Of a stretch of DNA of 64,000 nt, positions 1 to 11,300 are shown piece by piece. The notes below the pieces were generated by a model, which saw only the letters and a list, made by a program, of their open reading frames with translations, was not told the origin of the DNA and searched no databases. This DNA is from Chrysomallon squamiferum (Eukaryota; Animalia; Mollusca). Positions within the stretch are counted from its first letter, which is position 1; every line of letters begins with the position of its first letter. Both the position numbers and the translations under genes were made by a program. The stretch spans positions 9,486,001 through 9,550,000 of the forward strand of contig CM022672.1 of the NCBI GenBank assembly GCA_012295275.1, read 5' to 3'.

Positions 1-1100
1 CTAATTTACAAAATGAAATCACGTACCGACTCGATGCAGTAGGTTTTAGTGATGACAAAGGTTTGTTAATCTCGTTCAGTGTAATGGCTCCCAGCGATAT
101 CGGTAAATCTGAATCAGAAACTTTGTTAGGGCTGTACTCATGATTGTATCGGTATATTTCAATAATGTAACGAGTGGATAACTCAATAATGGACTGTACT
201 TTGTCTAATGTATATAGGGAAACACTTGTAATAAATTCTAACACGTGTAATAAATAGTAGCACTGCATGGAAGTTAGCTGGTTTGTTCGTGGTGTGAGTG
301 ATGGGGAATTATTTATGTAGCCAACTGCAGTTTCAGAAATGACCGAGTATTTTGTAACGTTCAGATTTATATGAAAATATGTGATGTGTATATTGTCTGA
401 AAGATAATGAAACAATGTTCGATGTAAATGTTAAAATTATCTAATTAATTATTCTCCAGATAATTACCGTGTTAGTGTTGTCTGAACCAGAGAAAATACA
501 ATTCTCTGAATCTTTCTTTCTTTCTTTTTCTAATAGTCTTTCTTTTTCTCTCTTTCTTTCTTTTCTTTATCGCTTTATCTGTTTATCTCTCTGTCTGGAT
601 ATAGGTATGTGCCTCTATCCATCCATCTGTCTCTCTATCCATATATCTATCTATCCATCCGTCCATCTATATGTCTGTATATCTATCTATCTTTCTACCG
701 ATCTAAACATATATCCATCTATCTATCCATCTATATGTACATCTACCATTATATCCACCCATCTATCTTTCTATTTGTCTATCTGTCTGTCTCTTTATGT
801 GTCTGTCCTTCCTTTTGTGTCTAGTACGTGTGACTCTGTCTCTCTCTTCATTCTTTCTCTCAGTGAGATTTTTCTCTTTCTTGTCTCTTTATAATAACAG
901 ACGCTGTTACTTGTACTGATAATTTTTCTGTCAATTTGTTATTTCAATTTACACGACTAATAATAACTAAGATTGCATCTTTATTTCATTTTCTGTTAAA
1001 AGCAGAATAATAATGAAAATCACATACCGATTCTGTATTGCAGAAATATTCATAAAAGGGAGACCTTAATAATAATAATAATAATAACAACAACAACAAC

Positions 1101-1147
<47 letters not shown>

Positions 1148-2894
1148 TAACAATAATGATAAATTATATTTGTAAACCATTAAGTTTTCTAAATAGAGCC
1201 TAAACATTTTTTTAAAAATTATATAATCATCTCTCGAGTTCACTTCTAAGTATTGCCATCTTTATTTGCTTGGTGACATTTGAATAATTTTTCTGTCAAG
1301 TTAAAATACGAGGACTGATTTTAGAATCAGAAAAGGACTAGAAAAGATTTTGCTTTCGGCAGTTTAACCAGAAATTTTTTCTGCGCTTCATGACAAAAGC
1401 AAAATAACTGTCCTGAAGGCATCAATATTTCCTCACTTGTTAAACCAGTAGCGGTTTATCGAAGGGTTCACATTTGCGATTCTCCGTCGCTTATTAGCGT
1501 TGTTTTGGTGCACAAGAAGATACCTTACTTACACTTGGATTCTACAGCGACACATCTCCGACAACTTCGGCATTCAGTGAAGACATCATTAGTCACTGCA
1601 GCTTTTATGTTCAACGACATATGTTAAAATATTCCATCTCTGGCGAGTCAACATCGTTATCGCGTTCTCGTGGAAATCACGTTTGGCTAATAATGAACAC
1701 GTGATAACGTAGAAATCATGTTTTATTAATTAATAGATAGATAATTATAATAATAAAACAGAGACAATGTTTTGGGGGTTTTTGTTGAGGTATTTGTTTA
1801 TGCATGTGTTATTTGGTATATGCATATATATATATATGTGTGTGTGTATGTATCTATGTCTATATGTGTGTGTGAGTGTGTTTGTATGTGCGTTTATAAG
1901 TTAAAGTGCGTTTTATCTATCTATTTATGTATACCTTTCATTTAACTTCCATATTATTTTATGCTTATATAACCAATCGTTCGCTGCCCACCAGATAATG
2001 AAGCACATACGAATTCAAACAATCCAAAATTAACATGAAGATTTATTTATTCACTATAAATTTGCGAAAACCACGAGCATAATTTCTAACTGTTGTGTGG
2101 AATCTTCAAACATAGTTCACTGCTGTTGAAAATGCTTGTAGGAAATGAATGCAGCTTTGACTCTTTTGATAAATCTTGTTTCTCTAGGACTAAGCTCGTA
2201 CTTTTGTTCGAGCTGTTGGCATGGATTCTGAATTAGCTCGTTCATATCCAATTAAGTTCAAAGATGTAGTTCCTAGCACGCAATGCTGTAGCCAGGAATG
2301 TCTTAGCCTTGGGCCACGGTGAAAGAGACAACACAGAAAGAGAAAATTGAACGTTTTTACAGAAAGATGAGAAGATAAAGAAACAATATAAGTGCACTAA
2401 AGAGACTTGCTGCTTAATTTGCGGACAAAGTTTAAAAAAACACCCAAAAAACCACCAAAGATATCCGAGTTTTTCCTTTAATTGTATGTCATAGAATTTT
2501 CTTCATACTTCCGAGTTTTTACTTTCATTTAGATGTGTTTGCAGTTGTATGTTTTTCATAAGTCTGAGTTTTCCATTTCCGTTAAATCTGTTTATAACTA
2601 CGTCAACGAATTTTCTTGATAAAAGAAAATCATTTGATTTCTACTTCTTATAGCGTTAAATGGATTGTTATAAACGGAGTTTTTCTATAATTTTCGTGAT
2701 GATCATGACTGCGTTGAAAAGCAAATGATATTATAGAATACTTAGTTTTAATCAGTTAGTTTGCTTTCTTTTTGTTTTTGTTATTTTTTTCTACAGTAAT
2801 GAAATTCTGTTAATTTGTTTCAGAATATTTTATGAAATTTAAATAAGAATCATTCACAACGGCAAATAATTTTATTTTAATGTTAGAATGAATA

Positions 2895-2915
2895 TTTTTA
2901 AATTTTTATTTTCAG
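2895..2915 (+). other. Probable 3' splice acceptor opening the GPCR coding exon (5' UTR intron; upstream exon not located)
   Basis: T-rich tract ending ...aatttttattttcAG at 2914-2915, 130 nt before the ATG. Confidence 0.55.
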
Positions 2916-2965
2916 ATTTTATCTACAAACAAAAGAAAAGTAATCTTCGTCAGCTGTGATCCAGC

Positions 2966-2986
2966 ATGGTCGTGTTCTACTTGTAG
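2966..2986 (+). promoter_or_regulatory. Upstream ORF (MVVFYL*) in the putative GPCR 5' UTR
   Basis: agcATGGTCGTGTTCTACTTGTAG; A at -3 and G at +4; ends 59 nt before the main ATG. Confidence 0.45.
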
Positions 2987-3045
2987 AGACGCCAACAGAT
3001 TCTAATATTTAATCATCTTGTGTTTACGTCATCAGCGGCTGCATC

Positions 3046-4290
3046 ATGTCGACCTCCAGCGGCTACGTGGCTGTCGTCGAATTCGCGGAGAACTCGAGCC
3101 CGGCTGTTGTGATCCAGACTCAGCTGAGTACAACGTTCAATCCGCTGCTCATCCCCCACAGAGAGCAGGACCAGGTGATGCGACTCACCTGGCTCATGGT
3201 GCTGTTTGTCCTGATGTACTCCATCATTTTCATTCTCGGAGTGACGGGAAACACTCTCGTTGTGTTCATCGTTATACGAAACAAAGCCATGCAGACAATC
3301 ACCAACATTTTCATCACGAATCTAGCCATTTCGGATATACTTATGTGTCTGCTGGCAGTTCCCTTCACACCCATTTCTTACTTCCTCAATTCGTGGATCT
3401 TCGGAGAAGGTCTCTGCCATATCGTACCCATGATCCTTTGCATCAGCGTGTACGTGTCGACTCTGACCTCGACGGCTATTGCAGTAGACCGATACTTTGT
3501 CATTGTGTACCCTTTCAAGCCCAGAATGAAGATTTACATGTGCGTTCTCATGATAATTGCCATATGGATTATATCAGTGTCCATATCCCTGCCTCTGGGA
3601 ATATACCACGAAGTACAGGAGTCAGGAAACAACAGCAACAGCTTCGCATGCTCCGAGAAGTGGCCACGTCCCCAGGCGCGGCAGTTCTTCACGGTAACAA
3701 GTCTTGTGTTGCAGTATATTGTGCCTTGTAGCATCATCACCTACTGCTACACGATGGTCTCGCTAGCTTTGAAAAAAAGAGTCAAAGTAAAAATAGGAAG
3801 CGGAAGCAGAACGAGGGAGAGAGACGAACTGGAAACCAAAAGAAAAAAGAGGACAAACAAAATGCTGATAGCCATGGTTACGATATTTGTTTGCTGTTGG
3901 CTGCCTCTGAACATCGTCCATCTTGTACGAGAGTACGAAAGTTCTGTTGACGATTGGTTCTATTTCACACTGACGTTTTTCGTGTCTCACGTTATTGCCA
4001 TGAGCTCCACCATTTACAATCCATTTCTCTACGCTTGGATGAACGAAAATTTCAAAAAGGAGTTCAGACAGGTGGTGCCGTGTTTTTTCTTAGGTAGTCA
4101 GCATACGACGACAAACAGCAGCTACACGCAGTACACCAACGTCGACACGCAGCCGTCTGTAATTATCAACAGATCTCCCATTAAAAACGGGAACGACAAT
4201 TGTGCTAAAGAAACGAAGGCCATATACGACGCCGATTCTGAAAAGGTCCATTTAAATATTGCGGAAGAGGAAAAGGATGAGACAACATGA
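3046..4290 (+). CDS. Rhodopsin-like (class A) neuropeptide GPCR, short neuropeptide F / prolactin-releasing peptide receptor-like (NPY receptor superfamily); intronless CDS, 414 aa
   Basis: Seven hydrophobic segments with class A motifs: TM1 GVTGNTLV, TM2 NLAISD, ECL1 WIFG plus Cys, TM3 AIAVDRY, ECL2 CSEKWP, TM6 FVCCWLPLN, TM7 MSSTIYNPFLYAWMNENFKKEF. The TM7/H8 string and TM2 LLAVPFTP are typical of sNPF/PrRP-type receptors. Subfamily assigned from recalled motifs, not a search. Confidence 0.9.
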   Translation: MSTSSGYVAVVEFAENSSPAVVIQTQLSTTFNPLLIPHREQDQVMRLTWLMVLFVLMYSIIFILGVTGNTLVVFIVIRNKAMQTITNIFITNLAISDILMCLLAVPFTPISYFLNSWIFGEGLCHIVPMILCISVYVSTLTSTAIAVDRYFVIVYPFKPRMKIYMCVLMIIAIWIISVSISLPLGIYHEVQESGNNSNSFACSEKWPRPQARQFFTVTSLVLQYIVPCSIITYCYTMVSLALKKRVKVKIGSGSRTRERDELETKRKKRTNKMLIAMVTIFVCCWLPLNIVHLVREYESSVDDWFYFTLTFFVSHVIAMSSTIYNPFLYAWMNENFKKEFRQVVPCFFLGSQHTTTNSSYTQYTNVDTQPSVIINRSPIKNGNDNCAKETKAIYDADSEKVHLNIAEEEKDETT

Positions 4291-5532
4291 CCTGGAGGTC
4301 ATTAAAAGGGAAACAACCTTGCAATGCCTTTCTTTTCCTGTAAAAAAAAACAAAAACATATCTGCTTCTTACCTTCTACACTGGACATTCGAGCAATGAC
4401 AACTTGCCATGATTTCAGTGTTACTGGAAAGAAATCTACTGACAAGACGTGACGGTTGTTGGGTGCTTTATGTTTTTAGATTCTGTATAACAAACATATA
4501 GTCCATGATCATGGCGTATGGTCACAGAAATATTGCAAAGAGGCATTACGCAGTAACTATTCAGGATGGTAGATGCATGTTCGTTAGGAAGTTATAATCA
4601 GCATGCGATATGTGTCTGTTAGCTCTTGCTATGTTATTACTTCTGAGACGACGCCTATACTGATGGATTGTATGTGTATGTAAAGAGCTTATGACTTCCT
4701 TAATATGAAACTGAATGCTGATTTAGACACAACTGAAAGGCAGCTCGTAAATAGGAAGCATCATTAACAAAACGGAGAAAAGAAAAAAAAACAAATCAGC
4801 TCGATGTTACGACCCTGATTCGGTTGCTCATTAGCTGACACGTGCGTTACAAGTCGTTCATCAAAAAACAGATAATTAGATTTTATCTCGTCTCCGAAAT
4901 CTTTTGTACGTTGCCTTCGGGGCAACACGCCATCCATACTGCACGATTGTTGATATCACTAATTATTTATGACAGATGATTTCCGTTCTCTTTTCACCAT
5001 TATACGCATGTACTGTTGTCAAAGCTTTCGTTATTGGTTCATCACAGAACACGGATACCAATGAATAATAACAATAATAATAATAAATAATTTCATTATC
5101 TTTGTTTCCGTAAGGTTATAACGTGAATCCTGTTTCGCTAACTAGTTATAAATGCAAATGCTTTTTTTTTTTTTTTTTTTTTTCACATTCTGCTTCAGAT
5201 TGTTAAATGTTTTCGTTCTAAACAACACGCTTATACATAACTGCAGATAAGTTACATCAACTGGATAGATTTATTTATTTTCTATAGAAAATGAAATGTC
5301 AAAGAAATACTTATCGTCGGTCGTGTGTGTCTGAAAAAGCGGTTCTGAATGCTGAATGAGAAATGTATATTTGACGACAATGACAAGAGATACTGTTACG
5401 GTAACATGATCGTTTCTACAGCGTCAATCTTTTCGCTATGTGTTTTCCATTTATAAAGTTCCATCTTCTTTAAGAATAGATATTAATTTCGTTTATTTAT
5501 TTATTTATCCGTTTGTTTGTTTACTGGTTTGT

Positions 5533-5567
<35 letters not shown>

Positions 5568-5617
5568 CAATAATAATAATGACGATGATAATTGTTATTA
5601 TAATGATGATGATGATG

Positions 5618-5685
<68 letters not shown>

Positions 5686-6732
5686 ATATAACTATTACAA
5701 TTAGATAGACAAAAAATAAAAATAAAAATATTTTCACATTACGACCAAGAATGAAATTAATCTTTATATAAGTCATATTATTACCAAATACTGAAAATCA
5801 GGCTGTTATTATTATTATTACAGTTTCGTTTCGTTTACATGATTTCAGTGGCTAATTAATGACTTCAACAGTAAAATAATTTACAATATATTATGTGTTT
5901 CTTTTTGTTTTTTTACATTCCATTATGTAGGCCTAATTATATTCATTTTCTGCATCACAGTATCACGTACTGTTTTGTAAATGAACTTATTAATATATGT
6001 TTTAATTTTTTTTTTTTTATTTATTATAGAAAATATACAAAACTTTGACAAACTGCCACTATTTCAGCGCCAACTTGCACATGCATGTTTTTTTCTTCTT
6101 CATTTGCTTATCTTTATACGATACTTTTCTGAACAGATCGTTGATGCATGTGTCTGTCTGTGTGTCTGCTTGTGTGTCTGCGTGTATGTGCGTGTGCGTA
6201 TGTATATGTCTATGTCTTCATAAGTATACGTGTGCGTATGAATATAAATGTGTATATTACATGTGCATACATGTGTGCGTGTGTATGTATTCGGGGTTTT
6301 GAGAATATATTTCTGCTATTTATTTTTATAGCTAAAAAAAAAAGAAGAAAGATGATCATTATGAACAAAACAGCTAACAGTTCTGGTTATCACTTCGGTT
6401 ATTTTTGGATCACAAATATTGCCAAATGTTTCATTCATTCATTCTGTGATTGATGAATATCGTACAGTTCTTTGTATTAAAACGTTAAAATAGAAGAAAC
6501 ACAATTACGTGTTTTCTGAATCAAAGCAAAGTCTGTTTACTTCTTCGTTCGAGAGCATATGTTTCAAACAGTACGTTGATGTTTGAAACATTTATATACT
6601 GTCGGTCTGCAGTTTCGTTTTATACTTCAATTTTATCATTTGTTGGTTTGTTTGTTTATTGTTATGAATTGTTTCTGTTAAATATTGTTGTTATGTACTG
6701 ATATCAAGACAGAGTTTCTTGATATCTATACA

Positions 6733-6769
<37 letters not shown>

Positions 6770-8114
6770 GTAAAATCAATAACAAAATGAGATATTTAAA
6801 TAATTAAAATTAATTAAACAAATAAATAAATAAAAATAATAAAAAAGTAAAGTCTCTAATTATCTTAACTAATCGTCTATAATTATTTCAAACAAGCTTC
6901 AACCGTTTTTTAATAATATATTAAAGAACAAGACCCATTTAAAATGAATGATCTTTCTTACTTTATTTTTAACAGTTTAACGAATTTTGAAAAAAAAAAA
7001 AAAGAAATTGTATAAAAATATAATTTTACAAAAACTAGTAATTCCGTCCTCTCCACATTGATATATCACTATGCTTTGACTTAGAGTAATTCCACTTTGA
7101 CGAAAACTATTAATGTCATCTAGATCTTTATTTTTCTTTTTTAGGTTGCTATTTAATCTGCTCTATTGTAAACTATATTAGGCTTGGCATTTCAAATTAA
7201 ATCATTAAAATCATTAAAACATCATTAAAAACTGAAAAAAATGTAATACAGATTTTTAGAGTATTTAAAAAAAATAATAATAACAATTGTTTCATACAAA
7301 GCGGAAATCTATTCAGGAATATTTAGCTTTTTATTTTATTTTATTTTTTTTAATTATTTATATTTATTTTTTTTTTTTTTTTTTTGGGGTACTGATTTAT
7401 AAAAACATGTTTTGTGGTTTTGAATATTGATTTAAAACAACAGTAATAAAACTTTTTATTATTATTATTTGGGATGACAGATTTCAAAAGCAAATTGTTA
7501 TTTCGGCTAAAGATTAATTATAAAATAAAAAAAAAATTAAAAATTATTTCGGTAATGATATTGACAACATCTTTTTCATATTGATAATGACTTGAAAAAC
7601 ATTTTTAAAAAGTTTTGGATAATTATAAAAAAAGAAAAAAAAAAAAAAAAAAAAAAAAAACAGCAACAACAAAAAACAACACGTTTTTATTTTGAACGTT
7701 AAATTGGAAAAAATGTTTTTTTATTTTGCATAATATACTGAAAAAAAAATGCTATTTTCGGTAATGATATTGATTTTTTTTTTTTTTTTTTCATAATCAT
7801 TTTTATTTTGGATATGTTAGTGAATATCATGAAACTCTGTCTTGAATGTAATTAGTATTTTTTGTGAATTAAATAATATATTATAATATATGTATATATA
7901 TAGTGTAAATACTTTAAGCTGTTGACAAGAAATACATATAAGTATATTAGAATGTGCATCCGCTGCCATACTCAAGTTATATATGGAATCAGTAAGTTCA
8001 TTTACGTCCATGCACTGTTATATCGGTATGTTGTCAAAGTAAACCAGTTATCAGGCGTATTATATATGTACGTTCAAATATTCTGTCATGTCACCTGTAA
8101 CTATGTTTATTGAA

Positions 8115-8120
8115 AATAAA
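8115..8120 (+). terminator. Candidate distal polyadenylation signal of the GPCR transcript
   Basis: AATAAA at the end of a unique-sequence block (7920-8120), followed by a T/GT-rich tract. Other AATAAA hexamers lie closer to the stop, so this is tentative. Confidence 0.25.
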
Positions 8121-8277
8121 TATTTTTAAAAATCCATGATATTTTGGTATTTATTGCATTTGTTTTTTTTTTGTTTTGTTTTTTTGGCAATTTCGTATTC
8201 TTACTGATTGTAATGTATTCTTATCTCAATCTAATTTTGACTATCTATCGCAAATATTTTTATCCTAAAATGTTTTA

Positions 8278-8281
<4 letters not shown>

Positions 8282-8367
<86 letters not shown>
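8282..8367. repeat. (TC)n microsatellite
   Basis: Direct observation. Confidence 0.95.
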
Positions 8368-8371
<4 letters not shown>

Positions 8372-11300
8372 GATTAGGTTTCTTCTCTAAGTATCTTTCA
8401 TTCTGTTTTCTCAAAGTAATCGTATGTCCATCTGTCACACTCCACACTATTTCAGATTATTTTACATTGGTGAGAAATATCTATTTGAAAGAAAATCTAA
8501 ATATATTAATAGTATATACAGTTATATTATAAAAACTGACTTAATCTCTAAAATACAAGTGAGATGAGTTCACATGAAGAATTTTGGATCACGGAACTGA
8601 TCCGTCAAGTAGTTATTCTCTTATTTCACCCGCTCTAGACCGTGCCCCAAAGTCAAAAACTTGTTTCTTATGTATGGAAAAGTCATTACTTTCTGATAAT
8701 CGATAGTATTGCACCATTCTGATGGGGTTGCAAGTTACTATTGGTCTTTTAAATTTTTAAATGTTATGTTTTATTATATATATATATATATTTTTTTTTT
8801 TTTACTTTTTTTTTACTTTTATGTAAGAATTGTGTGACAAACAGTACATTGGTTGTTGTTTTCTTTTAGAAAAACAAATATATTTGACACTTCTTAACTA
8901 CAAAATTTATAATCAGGCGTATTAAAAACAAAAAATAGACGTTCTTAATGTTTTTCGTTCAGGCTCATGTGAACACATCTGAATTCGATCAACAGAAATG
9001 CAGCAGTAGATAACTACATTATTCTGTCGAACAAATTGTACCAGAAGAAGTAGCAACAACGTTTAGCTCTTTTGGCAAGATGATGTTTATGACGTGGTCG
9101 ATAATAATGCGTTATTTGTGTGAACCATGGTGGCAATGTAGTACCTCTGCTATACATATGAAATATATTTCCAGAGTTCAGAAAATGACTTCGGAAACAT
9201 TTAAGAAGAAAGTGCTCGCTAACGGTACATTTATAGGAGTTTCGTGATGACGTCTTCATTCTCTTGTTCCTTACAGTTCACTCATGCCTGCCGGGTTGGT
9301 GGAAATTGTCTTTGGAGCCTGATTAGAAAATAACTGCCAATCACATTAAGCCCATCGTATACAGAACTGATGTGAATGTTATTGTTTTGAAAACACGCCA
9401 CCAGCCAAAAGTTACTCGCTACTTGTAATCGTTTTGCACGTTTTCCCACTAACTCTCTGCTTGTAATGAGTAAAATGATCAGACACTCGAGTCTGGAAAT
9501 CAGCACTTTTTGACCGAGGTAGCAAAACTAGGATGTTAGAGTGTGTGGGTGTGTGTGAGTGTGAGTGTGAGTGCGCGCATGCGTGCGTTCATGCCTGTAT
9601 AATGTATGTAAATGTGTGTGAGACTTTATTTAGAGAGAGATACACAGATAGAAATATAGGTAGATAGAGAGGCAGATAGACAGACTGAAAGACAGACAAA
9701 CAAGAAAATAAACTGGGTGACAGTCATCTATACGTGATAAGAAAATGACGTGAAATAAGCTATTAAAAAAAACAAAAAACACAAAAAAAAAAAGTGACTG
9801 CTTAAAATCACCGACTGACATTCTCTGTATTAAAACAAATAATTCTCCAGAGAAGACATTTCTCATGACGTAGCTCATTTATCATTTATAATGGTGTTGG
9901 TGTTTGTGGCTTGCACGATTCCAAGTCTATTCCCTCTGGCGACAATGTTAATATTTCCCAATACAACTGATAAAAGCGACGCCATTTAGCCATTGTTGTT
10001 ATGCATATATTTAGAGAGTTGACTATTTACATTTCATTTCATTGAGGTATAAGTTTCATAATGCATGGATTTTAAAATGTACTGATTTGCAAACTTTGCT
10101 GCTCTCGTCTCCCTCGAGTCCACTGCGTAACACAGAGGCATTAAATGGAAGAAAGCAAATCCGCTGAGTTTCGGTAAATAATTATTTTTGTTATTGTTAA
10201 TGGTGAAAGCCATGCTAGTCTTTGTTATATTTTGTTAAGCATAGAAATCTCATTAACGACAATTTTGTTTGTTTCTTTTCTTTCTTCTTCTTTTTTTTTT
10301 TTTTAATCAAAAAGAAAAAAGAAGAAAAAAAAATCAATTAAAATTGTTATTATTAGCGTTATAAATTTATAAGTAAATTACTAATATTTATATCATTGTG
10401 CTTTGATAAATTCATTATTATCGACTTATAACTAGTTTATAAATAAATTAATAATACTTACATCAATTACGCATGTGATAAATTTGTGACTACCAACTTT
10501 TATGAACCTCAGAATATATTTATGTAATAATTATGTGACGAGACTATATCCGTCACACTGAATACTCAACAAGCTGAGAAATCAGTTGATAAAAACCATC
10601 ATTACTTATATGAAATTGCACACGTCGTATTAGATATATATTACATTCAAGAACAGAATTATGATTATATTATTACGAATTTGAAATATTATCCGTTTCA
10701 TTAATCAAAAAATAAGTTCAGAAAATAACTGATAATAATTATGTTAGAACTACATCTGGCAAAATTATTACGTAACAAGAATACTTTGATTATGACAAAA
10801 ATTAAATATACATTTATATGAAATTGCATCTGTCATATCGATTTGTGCTTATTTTTGGAACTGTTACTTGAATGCTAATGCCCAGTGCAGATTCTAATGT
10901 AAATTTTTACTTTATTGTTATATCGAAGTTATTTTTTATTGATATCTATGGTCATTTATTTAGAATATTTTTCTCGTTTCCATTAAATCATTTCTCGGTT
11001 ATTTTGTGCTTCGCCGATCCGACGGCTCCAAGAATTTGATTAATAAGCTTTTCTTCTCCCCAAAAACAAAACTAACCGGTTAAAGTGAAATTCAAATGTC
11101 ACTGTTTATGTAAAATATCATATGAATGTCATGAGAGATTTTTATGGGTTTTACTTGTTCGTACGATTATAAATATGTCTTATTGTGGGGGTTTTTAATA
11201 TCTGAACATTAAATTATTTTTTACTTAATTGACCATGAAGCATTAGGCAGCAGTTCAGAGATATTTCGCTCGACAAAGGTTTTTTTTTTCCCTACGTATG

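Noticed and set aside
2221-2322. 33-aa ORF with CCSQEC resembling an insulin A-chain
   Set aside because: Lacks the final Cys, a signal peptide and a B-chain; lies in the probable GPCR 5' intron.
3018-3731. 237-aa alternative-frame ORF overlapping the GPCR
   Set aside because: Starts at TTG, has no early ATG and no recognisable motif. The lack of stops is explained by the C/G-ending codons of the receptor frame.
3120-3990. Short antisense ORFs inside the GPCR
   Set aside because: Shadows of the sense coding sequence.
4288-4305. TGA-C stop context suggesting readthrough of the GPCR
   Set aside because: The next in-frame TAA is four codons later (PGGH), and there is no CUAG motif or evident structure.
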